A stretch of DNA of 64,000 nucleotides, taken from the NCBI GenBank assembly GCA_963827165.1, contig CAWGZR010000004.1:96001-160000 (forward strand), written 5' to 3'. The notes under the pieces are model-generated. The model was not told the DNA's origin and ran no database searches. It was given only the letters and a program-made list of their open reading frames with translations. The stretch is from Candidatus Bathyarchaeota archaeon. GTDB taxonomy: Archaea > Thermoproteota > Bathyarchaeia > Bathyarchaeales > Bathycorpusculaceae. The translations under genes were made by a program, and so were the position numbers. Below are positions 49,469 through 57,705 of the stretch, in pieces (position 1 is the first letter of the stretch; each line of letters starts with the position of its first letter).

Positions 49469-50638
49469 TTGAGTCTTATTCCTATCATCGACGCGTTTAC
49501 GCGGGTAATGGCTGTAGCGCTACCGGTTCATGCAAGTCAACTCGGTGGCAGCTCAAATACATGGCTCACATATCTGAGTCTTCTCTCATACGTGTTCTTC
49601 ATCGTTCTGATCTTCTATGGTCAAAGAATCCAAATGTACGTTATGATCCGCGAGGTAGAAAACTCGCTTCATAAACTCAAGTACATCAAGGAAGAAGGCC
49701 GAAAAGCCACTATAGAAGCCATTAAAGAAATCGGCAAACCAACCGAAGATCCATCCGCACGCGTAGACCGATTCTTAGAGTACTTCACCATTGGCCCTCA
49801 AGGCATGGATCCAGCCGGGGTCGTCTACAAGCTCGATCACATCCTTGACGTCAGAGACGAACGCATGAAAGATGAAGTCAAACTCATGGCTCCATCAAGC
49901 GACGAAGTCCAAGTAAACAATTTAGAAAACACTTTGGAAGCCGCGATGGCTCTCAACTTCATCTACAAAGTAGTGAGACATTACTACATCCAAGGCAAGA
50001 AAACCCTAAGCCTCTACGTCATAATGCAGCTACAAATGATATTGCCCATGGTCATGAAAGAAGCCGAAGCATACGCAAGTGCACTTAAAGCCTTCGCCTA
50101 TGGACAACCAATCGGAGACGGAGCGGGCCCACTGATAGCGGCAAAACTCATGCGCGGCTACGAAACACGCAAAGTACAAAAAGACTGCGTTGTGGCAACT
50201 GTTCCATTCGCAGGACGCACAGCCTTAGTCTTAAAAGCTGAAGGACCAGGCGGCAACGTCGGCAAGCCAGGTGACGCCGTTGAAACAGTCATAGAGGAAA
50301 ACGAAGGCAAAATCGCAATGCTACTAATGATTGACGCAGGCTTAAAGTTGGAGGGCGAAGACGTCGGCGAAGTTGCAGAAGGAATCGGAGCGGCAATCGG
50401 CGGACCAGGCGTTGACCAATACAAGATAGAAGAGAAACTTACAAAATACAAGATTCCAAACTACGCCATAATAATCAAAGAAGACATCGGCGACGCAGTT
50501 TCACCAATGCGCAAAGAAATCAACGATGCAGTAGACAAAGCCATCGAAAGGATAAGAGCCGTTGTCCTGGAAAGAACCAAAGAAGGCGACAAAATCATAA
50601 TCGTCGGCGTCGGCAACTCCATCGGAGTCGGACAGTAA
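49469..50638 (+). CDS. DUF1512 family protein
   Basis: MDPAG, QPIGDGAGP, KAEGPG, IDAGLKLEGE, GVGNSIG; near map. Confidence 0.8.
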   Translation: MSLIPIIDAFTRVMAVALPVHASQLGGSSNTWLTYLSLLSYVFFIVLIFYGQRIQMYVMIREVENSLHKLKYIKEEGRKATIEAIKEIGKPTEDPSARVDRFLEYFTIGPQGMDPAGVVYKLDHILDVRDERMKDEVKLMAPSSDEVQVNNLENTLEAAMALNFIYKVVRHYYIQGKKTLSLYVIMQLQMILPMVMKEAEAYASALKAFAYGQPIGDGAGPLIAAKLMRGYETRKVQKDCVVATVPFAGRTALVLKAEGPGGNVGKPGDAVETVIEENEGKIAMLLMIDAGLKLEGEDVGEVAEGIGAAIGGPGVDQYKIEEKLTKYKIPNYAIIIKEDIGDAVSPMRKEINDAVDKAIERIRAVVLERTKEGDKIIIVGVGNSIGVGQ

Positions 50639-50651
50639 GGAGGAGAAGCAA

Positions 50652-51107
50652 ATGACACAAAAAAATCAACCATCAGCATCAACCCGAAAAATCTCAAATT
50701 ACATAACCATGATCGTCGTAGTCGTTATTGCGCTCGCCGCAGTAGCGATCATACTGGCAGCCAGCCTATACTACACTGGAACAACAGCTACCGGCTCAAC
50801 ACAATCAGGAGACTACGCAGCAGCAGGAGTCCTAGCAGTCATCGGCGTAATCGCTCTTTCAATGTCTACGTTCACGTTTTTCCAGTCAAGAAAGCAAGTA
50901 GCAGAAATGAAAATTGACATTCCCAAAGTAATGACAACTATCGGATGCACAACTGTAGGATGCGACGCAAAAACTATGCGGGAATTCCAGCGCGGAGACT
51001 ACGTCTACAAAGAACTTGACTCTCCATGTCAAAAATGCTCAGGCAAACAGATGATAACCGCTGTCTACAAAGAAGTCAAAGACAAAGAAAAGAAATACGC
51101 AGTCTAA
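50652..51107 (+). CDS. Two-TM protein with C-terminal zinc-ribbon-like domain
   Basis: C..C, REFQRGDYV, CQKC; AGGAG upstream. Confidence 0.7.
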   Translation: MTQKNQPSASTRKISNYITMIVVVVIALAAVAIILAASLYYTGTTATGSTQSGDYAAAGVLAVIGVIALSMSTFTFFQSRKQVAEMKIDIPKVMTTIGCTTVGCDAKTMREFQRGDYVYKELDSPCQKCSGKQMITAVYKEVKDKEKKYAV

Positions 51108-51113
51108 CTTAAC

Positions 51114-51374
51114 CTAAACTTTTTTGTTTTTTCTTTTTGTAAAACGAATCCCATACTTTTCTTCATCTATAGTTTTTGTGCGGCTGTCAACAAGCCCTTG
51201 TGCAATCGCTTCTCGGACGGCTTCGTTGAAAGACACGGGCTGAGGATTCGCACACTCCTTTTTTGTTAAAACAACCCATATCTCATGGTACTTCTCTTTG
51301 TTGATCTTCAGAAATCCAGCTAAATCTTCAACAGTCTTAGGCTCGTAGGAGATGGACCCTTCAGCGGATGTCAT
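51114..51374 (-). CDS. YdeI-like N-terminal domain small protein
   Basis: EIWVV..KK...EAV.EA...G.VDS...RFTKR. Confidence 0.6.
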   Translation of the reverse strand: MTSAEGSISYEPKTVEDLAGFLKINKEKYHEIWVVLTKKECANPQPVSFNEAVREAIAQGLVDSRTKTIDEEKYGIRFTKRKNKKV

Positions 51375-51383
51375 TTCAGCCGC

Positions 51384-52298
51384 CTAAGTTAAGATTTCGC
51401 AGCCCCCTGCAGTCAGGAGCACGGTGTGTTCGGCTTGGGCTACAGGTTTCTTGCTGACTTCAACAAAAACGGGGTACTTCATTATTGCTTTTGAATCAAG
51501 AAGCTCCTTGAAAGACGGGCCATGCTGCTCTTTTGGAAGAACTCCGATTAGCCACCTTTCGGCGAACGGCAAGGTCCTAAAATTTGCTTCTATGTATTTG
51601 AGCAGTTTTTTGGCAGATTCTGTTTTAACGGATTTTGCTTTAAGAAGCCGATAAATGGTGTACTGCGGGCTATCGTCAACACGACCTACTGCGTCGGGTA
51701 AGGTAACGAAGGGTTCGATGGCGTAAACTTCTCCGGCTCTAACTTTGGCAAGCGACATTGTTTCAGCCACGTTTGGAATGGACAAGCCGGCGTGAATCAA
51801 GTATCGTCCAACGGAATGTCCAGTTAGGTTCGAGATGGGTTTGAAGCCACGGTTTCTAATCGAGGTTTCTATTAAGCTACCTATTTTTCCTATTCCCATA
51901 TCTCCATGGATATTTTCGATGGCTACTTTCAAAGCTTGCTCGGCTGTATTAGCCATTGCCTTGCCCTCAGGGTTAAAACAAGCCGTGAACGCAGTATCGG
52001 TGACGTAGCCGTCAACTTGAACTCCCAGATCAACCTTGACTGTGCAGGCTTCGGGAATACGTGATGTGTCGCCTGGTGGCGCTGTGTAATGCGCGGCAAC
52101 CTCATTTATGCTTACGTTACAGGGAAAAGCAGGTTTCCCCCCTTTGGCTCGGATCAGTCCCTCAGTTTTTTCGCAGACATCGATAATCAGCATGTTTTCT
52201 TTAACGACGGTTCTCATTTCTTCCCGTGTTTCTCGCAGAATCCGACCTGATATCCGGAATTTTTCGATTTCTTCCCTATCGTATGCCATGCCGTTCAC
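51384..52298 (-). CDS. map: Methionine aminopeptidase type II
   Basis: AFPCN, AAHY, DLG..VDG..DTA, NLTGH, AIEPF, QAEHT. Confidence 0.95.
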   Translation of the reverse strand: MNGMAYDREEIEKFRISGRILRETREEMRTVVKENMLIIDVCEKTEGLIRAKGGKPAFPCNVSINEVAAHYTAPPGDTSRIPEACTVKVDLGVQVDGYVTDTAFTACFNPEGKAMANTAEQALKVAIENIHGDMGIGKIGSLIETSIRNRGFKPISNLTGHSVGRYLIHAGLSIPNVAETMSLAKVRAGEVYAIEPFVTLPDAVGRVDDSPQYTIYRLLKAKSVKTESAKKLLKYIEANFRTLPFAERWLIGVLPKEQHGPSFKELLDSKAIMKYPVFVEVSKKPVAQAEHTVLLTAGGCEILT

Positions 52299-52393
52299 TT
52301 TTTCGCTGTTTGGAATTACGCAGTAGATGCTTAAATGCCTAACCTACTACAAAAAAGGGTTTTCTGAAAAGGAGATGCGACAGCCTAGGCGCC

Positions 52394-52954
52394 TTAGGGT
52401 TTGTAGGTTTTAGGGTCAAGCAACGCGAAGTTGTTTCCGCCAACATGATAGAGCACGCGGGCTTTTTTGAGGTCATAGCTTTCAGCGAAGACGCCCATGT
52501 CAGCGTAGGCTTCCACGATTTTGCCTACGAACACCGTGTGGTCGCCCGTTATGAATTTGTCTTCAACAGTGCATTCGATGTGCGCTATGCATTCTCGGAT
52601 TGCGGGGGCCTTCACTTTTTTGGCAGGCATCGGCGTCAAATTTGTCTTTTTGAATTTGTCAAAGCTTCTTCCAGTCAAGGAGCCGCATGCGTAGACGGCT
52701 TGAAGAATTTCCAACGTCGGAACGTTGATAACGAATTCGCCTGACTCTGCAATTAGCAAGTGGGAATGCCTTGTTGGAGCGAGGCTGATGGCCACAAGCG
52801 GCGGGTTAATTGAAGTCGGCATCGCCCACGCAAGAGTTGTAATGTTGGGTTTGCCAGCTTTGCCGACACATGAAACAAGAACAGTATGCATGGGATGAAG
52901 AAGCCGATAAGCTGAGGATATGATTACTTGAGTTTTCGCAGACACATAAACCAC
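52394..52954 (-). CDS. Flavin reductase (flavoredoxin-like) protein
   Basis: NITTLAW, GEFVINVP, CGS..GR..DKF, GDHTVFVG. Confidence 0.85.
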   Translation of the reverse strand: MVYVSAKTQVIISSAYRLLHPMHTVLVSCVGKAGKPNITTLAWAMPTSINPPLVAISLAPTRHSHLLIAESGEFVINVPTLEILQAVYACGSLTGRSFDKFKKTNLTPMPAKKVKAPAIRECIAHIECTVEDKFITGDHTVFVGKIVEAYADMGVFAESYDLKKARVLYHVGGNNFALLDPKTYKP

Positions 52955-53039
52955 CTTTTACATCTAAAAATAACGCTGCGTTTTACTTATTTCTTTTTTC
53001 TTTTCAGAAGTATCTTAGTCAATAAAACTACATTTTGCT

Positions 53040-53128
53040 CTTCCAACAAAATGAGTGAAGCCGCCAGGGGTTTCCATTTTCTATGATACCAGAAACTAAA
53101 ACATAGTGTCGACAAATACACGAAGCAT
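53040..53128 (-). pseudogene. PIN toxin remnant
   Basis: MLRVFVDT, then a frameshift, then VLVSGI..NGNP, directly after AbrB. Confidence 0.55.
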
Positions 53129-53129
53129 T

Positions 53130-53462
53130 TCATGTGCCTTGCTTGGCTCTCTTCTCGCGCCTGTACGCTTGAATATCTTCTAAGATTTCTTTTTCCGTTA
53201 ATTTCTCTTTTCCTTTATTCTGTTCGTCAACTTCCTTGAAAAATTCCTTTAGACCGCTTAAAGCTGGAAGGTTGAGTTTTACTACCACTAGTTTATCATC
53301 TCTTCGGTAAACGCAGAGTTTGGTGTTTGGCGTTATTGCTAATTCTTTTCTAAGTCGTTGAGGAATAACTATCTGTCCTTTGGTTCCTACTACGGCAATT
53401 TCGGGTTCTTCGTTCATTTTCATCAACTGATTAATCGTCTGTTTAACCAGTATAACTTTCAT
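53130..53462 (-). CDS. AbrB/MazE-family protein
   Basis: VGTKGQIVIPQRLRKEL. Confidence 0.85.
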   Translation of the reverse strand: MKVILVKQTINQLMKMNEEPEIAVVGTKGQIVIPQRLRKELAITPNTKLCVYRRDDKLVVVKLNLPALSGLKEFFKEVDEQNKGKEKLTEKEILEDIQAYRREKRAKQGT

Positions 53463-53554
53463 ACCGCGATGAGATAAGCTTTTCCTTTCCGATGAATTCT
53501 CTTTTCGAAAGTTTTATCTTAATGGTTCATATTCACCCAGCGAATAGTGAAACG

Positions 53555-53974
53555 ATGAACAGTGTCGGTCAGGTTCTGCTTGGCGCTTTCGCAGGCTTCA
53601 TTTTATCATTGGTGATTGGGATTCCTCTTGGAGTGCTTTTGCCTTTCATCGGCGTCTTAGTTGGCATGTTCATCGGCGGGTTTGCGGCTGGAGCCATATC
53701 AGGAGGGGTTGTCCGCGGTTTAATAGCGGGTTTGTTGGCTGGATTGCTTGGTGCAGCGGTAATCGTGGTACTTACCCTTGTTGGCGCTGCATTGCTGGGA
53801 GGATTTTTCAGCCTCATCATCCATGGCTCTTTCGGCGGCTTAGTGGGAGCAGCCATCGGAGTTATTGGCGGCGTTCTTGCAACCTTAGGAGCCATCCTAT
53901 CTGCGGTTGCAGGCCTAATTGGCGGGGCACTCACAAGAAAACGGTCGACCACCTACTACACATGGTACCCATAA
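53555..53974 (+). CDS. Gly-rich multi-TM membrane protein
   Basis: Repeated GxxxG helices. Confidence 0.65.
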   Translation: MNSVGQVLLGAFAGFILSLVIGIPLGVLLPFIGVLVGMFIGGFAAGAISGGVVRGLIAGLLAGLLGAAVIVVLTLVGAALLGGFFSLIIHGSFGGLVGAAIGVIGGVLATLGAILSAVAGLIGGALTRKRSTTYYTWYP

Positions 53975-54153
53975 ACGTCGGGTAGCCGGTACAACTTCAA
54001 GATACAATATCAGCATTCTGATGAATACAGCAGCTGCTTCTTAATTCTTGATCGAAAAACCTCTTACGCGTCTAAAATAATGATAAGAATGCAAAAAAAA
54101 TAAAATAAACTACGGATTGACTTTGCCTTTTCTCGCTCAGTCTTAGACCATTT

Positions 54154-54315
54154 TTATCTTATGGCTTGGTCAATTTTAGATTCTCTTTTGATGCTGGTGA
54201 CTTCTTTGAATAGTTCCAGACATTCTTTCTTGCTTGGTGCCTCAACGCTTATGGCGCCGTAAGCCCCAATGTCAATGCGGTAATTCTTATCTCTGTTTTT
54301 ATTTGTACTCGTAAT
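54154..54315 (-). CDS. Candidate 53-aa protein with ATT start
   Basis: GAGGGGG 5 nt before ATT; NYRIDIGAYGAISVEAPSKKECLELFKE. Confidence 0.35.
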   Translation of the reverse strand: MTSTNKNRDKNYRIDIGAYGAISVEAPSKKECLELFKEVTSIKRESKIDQAIR

Positions 54316-54427
54316 CTGATCCCCCTCTTGTCCCCTCTAAAGGCTTCCGGCTATTATATCCTTAATGGCGAGCAGCCGATAGGAGGCATACCCCAACAGA
54401 TCCAAAAAAAACACTGTTGCTTGATCT

Positions 54428-55537
54428 TTATCCTCTTTTTATGTGGTATTGGTCTATTACGTCCTTGGCTTTCTCTCGTTTTTCTCTATGTGCTTCGAGG
54501 AACTTGTTGAGTTTTTCAGCTATGTCTTTTTTGCATTCGCCACAGAGCATTTCGCCGCCTCGGCATCTGCGTTCCCGCTCAGCGAGTTTGCCATGGTCTT
54601 CCTCAAAAAGGTAAAAGTAATATTGGAAAATGCTGCATACCGTTGGGTCGGCACCTTCTTTGCGCTGCTCTGCCGCAGTGCCTTTGCCTCCTGTGAACGC
54701 GTTCCAAATCTTCTTCTTGACGACGTCAGGCGGATCTATTGTGAAGATGCTGGTTTCAGGCATAGATGCACTCATTTTTCCTCCAGCGCCTAACCCAGGA
54801 AGGAAGCGGCAATGGATCTGTGCGGGTTTGTAGTAGCCGAGTTTTTGCGCTATGTCTCGGGTTACTCGCCAGTAGGGGTCTTGGTCGATTGCTGCTGGGA
54901 TGAGTGCTGGGACGTTTTCGCCTGTGAGTTTTTTGTGGATAAAGCAGGGGGCGGCTTGGATAGCGGGCCACATGACCCAGCCGATGTTGGTGCTGTCTTG
55001 GAAGCCGAAGCTGCTGCGTGCCGTGCTGTAAGTAATGCGTTTAGCCACTTCAAGTGTGATGTCGTAGAGCAAGTCGATGTCTTTGGTGTCGTAAATGATA
55101 AATGTGTTTTCAGGTTTGAAGCCGAGGGCGATTAGGTCCAAGGCGTTTTCGTAAGCAAACTTGCTTGTTTCTTTTAGGCTGGCGTCGTCGCCTATGAGGA
55201 ATTTTTCGTCGTCGGTCATTTGGAAATAGAGTCGCGTGTTGAATTTCTGCTGGATATGAAGCGTGAAAATCCACGGGACAAGGTGTCCGATGTGGACGGG
55301 TCCTGAAGGTCCTCTTCCTGTGTAGAGGACGAATTTGATGCCTCTGTCGTAGAGGTCAAGCACGACGTCGAGGTCGCGGTGGCTGAAGAAAATTTGTCTT
55401 TCAAGTTGCAGATGCAGCTTGTCAGTGTGCTTCTCGACTCTGGCGAGCAATTCGGGGGTGATTGGTTGCGTGCCGAACTCACGGATCAGTCGGTCATAGT
55501 CTACTTTGCCTTTTACTTCCCACGGAGTAACAACCAT
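54428..55537 (-). CDS. trpS: Tryptophanyl-tRNA synthetase
   Basis: VTPW, YTGRGPS, HIGH, IDQDPYWR, KMSAS. Confidence 0.96.
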   Translation of the reverse strand: MVVTPWEVKGKVDYDRLIREFGTQPITPELLARVEKHTDKLHLQLERQIFFSHRDLDVVLDLYDRGIKFVLYTGRGPSGPVHIGHLVPWIFTLHIQQKFNTRLYFQMTDDEKFLIGDDASLKETSKFAYENALDLIALGFKPENTFIIYDTKDIDLLYDITLEVAKRITYSTARSSFGFQDSTNIGWVMWPAIQAAPCFIHKKLTGENVPALIPAAIDQDPYWRVTRDIAQKLGYYKPAQIHCRFLPGLGAGGKMSASMPETSIFTIDPPDVVKKKIWNAFTGGKGTAAEQRKEGADPTVCSIFQYYFYLFEEDHGKLAERERRCRGGEMLCGECKKDIAEKLNKFLEAHREKREKAKDVIDQYHIKRG

Positions 55538-55719
55538 TTCATTGTTGTTTTCTGCTGCGTTAGATGAAGCCGTCTTAATTCACCAGGACCTTTCCAAAAA
55601 CAGTGGCGCCTAAGTCATATATGCTTTTTCCGCAGAGCGTGGCTCCTCAGGATTAGGAAGTGTCAAAAAGTTTCCCGAAAGAGCGGGGTTTTTTCTTTTT
55701 AATACACAGTTTTGGCAGT

Positions 55720-55825
55720 GGACGGTAAAGGACGCTAGAGGACGGCTGTGGACTTTAAAGGACGGTAAAGAACGGTAAAGGACTTTAGTAGACGGTAAAG
55801 GACGGTAATGGACTTTAAAGGACGG
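55720..55825. repeat. Tandem array of about 10.5 copies of a 10-bp unit (GGACGGTAAA consensus)
   Basis: Exact 10-bp period; GGACTTTA variant recurs every 30 bp. Confidence 0.9.
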
Positions 55826-55954
55826 ATGCTGCAGATGATTCAAGCTTTTCCACAAGAAAGTAACTTAAAACACAAAGGAAAAAAAATAAAACTTTCCTTC
55901 TCTCACCACCCTTTGTGCAGCGTAAAAGCCTTAAGCCGTGATGTGCATCCAAGT

Positions 55955-56022
55955 TTGGGATGATGAGCACTAGAGTCACTGAGCCTATGCGGTGATATTG
56001 ACTCGACGGGCGAACTGACTAA
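55955..56022 (+). ncRNA. C/D-box guide sRNA candidate
   Basis: ATGATGA 55960, CTGA 55979, GTGATAT 55992, CTGA 56015; guide CGACGGGCG. Confidence 0.7.
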
Positions 56023-56036
56023 AACCGTTATCATAG

Positions 56037-56834
56037 ATGAAGCGGAGAATGGTGGAAAACGGCAAAATCGATTTGATCATGTGGACTTACAACAGCGCCA
56101 AGCTTCTGCCAACAGTGTTGCAACGAATTAACGAAGTTATACCCATCGAATTGGTTAATAGAAGAATCATAAGCGACGATCACAGCACTGATCAAACCGT
56201 TGAAATCTCCTGGAAGCTGGGCTGGGAAGTTCACGTTAACAAGGGTATGGGGCTACAGGACAACAAGCAGAACGCTCTTAGCCTCGTTTCGACGCCTGTA
56301 TTCGCTTGTTTTGAGCATGATGTCCTTTTGAGCCGAGACTGGTGGCGCAAAGCCTCCGAAATCATGAGGGATCCGCATGTAGGCGTCGTTCAGGGTATCC
56401 GGCTCTCCACCGAACCTAGACTACGCAAGTTGGATTCCTACGAGTATGCGAGAAGAAGCGACAAACGCAGCGTAGACAACAACCTATGCAGAACCGATGT
56501 AGTGCGGAAATTTGGTTTCGACGAATCAGGCAGCCCTGGAAGAATGAGACAAGACGGTTTTAGGTGGGCAGTCATGTGCGACGTCGTCTCCGACCACATA
56601 ACAAGAGCCAATCTGGTCGAAACCGTCCAGCATGACATGAGAATTCACATGCTTTCGCTGCCGAGCTACACAATAAGCGAGAAAGTTGGCTGCTTCAAGA
56701 TTTTCGTACACAGCCCCATCCGAGCTTTAGATGTCGTCCGAAAAACTCGAACCTACTCCATGCTAATCTTCTATCCCATTGATAGGCTAGCCATTTTCTT
56801 CGCTTATTTCACGAGAGACCGAAAAATAGAGTAA
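56037..56834 (+). CDS. Glycosyltransferase family 2
   Basis: TYNS, DDHSTDQT, EHD. Confidence 0.75.
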   Translation: MKRRMVENGKIDLIMWTYNSAKLLPTVLQRINEVIPIELVNRRIISDDHSTDQTVEISWKLGWEVHVNKGMGLQDNKQNALSLVSTPVFACFEHDVLLSRDWWRKASEIMRDPHVGVVQGIRLSTEPRLRKLDSYEYARRSDKRSVDNNLCRTDVVRKFGFDESGSPGRMRQDGFRWAVMCDVVSDHITRANLVETVQHDMRIHMLSLPSYTISEKVGCFKIFVHSPIRALDVVRKTRTYSMLIFYPIDRLAIFFAYFTRDRKIE

Positions 56835-56964
56835 ATCAGAATCGTTTTCATGGCTTTTCGGGGGCTGTTATCTTGTTGGGAGCGGAAAACTTATCTGTGA
56901 AGCAACTGTGAAGTGCATGATTAAACTCAAGCTTTAGGCGCACATAATCGAGGTGAATTGAAAA

Positions 56965-57264
56965 ATGGTTGAAACCAAAACTGTTGAGATGAAGGTTGAC
57001 GCATCAGAACTTAAAGGCGAAAAGCAAGACTTGATTTCGAAGCTCGCAGATTTCTTGAAGGAAAAAACAGGCGGCGAAGTATCTACAGCATCTGAGATGG
57101 TGACGATTAAGGGTCAAGGAGAAGCCCTGAGCAAGAAGTACATTCGAATAACGGTAAAGAAGTTCCTGCACAGACACGAGCTTACTGAGAGGTTTAGAGT
57201 AATCGGCGGCGAAGAAAACCTCCTGAAAGTAAAACAAAGAATAACGGGAGAAGAAGAGGACTAA
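56965..57264 (+). CDS. Ribosomal protein eL22-like
   Basis: LSKKYIRITVKKFLHRHELTERFRVI resembles the eL22 core; GAGGTGA SD. Confidence 0.7.
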   Translation: MVETKTVEMKVDASELKGEKQDLISKLADFLKEKTGGEVSTASEMVTIKGQGEALSKKYIRITVKKFLHRHELTERFRVIGGEENLLKVKQRITGEEED

Positions 57265-57420
57265 GCCACCTTCCCTTTTAAACAAATACAAATTTAATTT
57301 TTCTTGTCTAAAAAACGTTCAGTGTCAACTTTGTCCTACTATCTGAACACCCTGTTCTAATGCGTAGGATTAAATCAAAAAACGCCCTCTTAGCCATTAC
57401 AGCAGGCAAGGGAACAGAAC

Positions 57421-57597
57421 GTGAGCCACAAAACAATCGCGGTAAGCACAATAATCATTATTTCACTCGTAACCTTGACCGCACTTTTCATAGAAAGCTC
57501 CGCGGCGCTACAAAGCATAAACCCAGTAGCCGTATTGGCAGCGGCGACCGTCATCGTAATCGGTTTGGCTTGGTTCAAAAAAGCAAACAAATCCTAA
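57421..57597 (+). CDS. 58-aa two-TM small protein (absent from the ORF track)
   Basis: GTG start; MSHKTIAVSTIIIISLVTLTALF...VLAAATVIVIGLAWFKKANKS. Confidence 0.5.
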   Translation: MSHKTIAVSTIIIISLVTLTALFIESSAALQSINPVAVLAAATVIVIGLAWFKKANKS

Positions 57598-57705
57598 AGA
57601 AAGAAGACCGGGTGCCTGCATTTCAGGATATTTTTGAAAGCTCACGTTTAGTCACAGCCATGAGAGCCCTAAGTCGAAATGTTTACTAAAAATGGTTAAA
57701 AACGG

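Noticed and set aside
55610-55855. 81-aa ORF with PSFKVH repeats
   Set aside because: The peptide repeat follows from the 10/30-bp DNA array; a 10-bp unit is not codon-based and there is no other coding evidence.
57360-57689. Track ORFs 57360..57689(+) and 57390..57590(-)
   Set aside because: They are better explained as shadows of the two-TM ORF 57421..57597(+).
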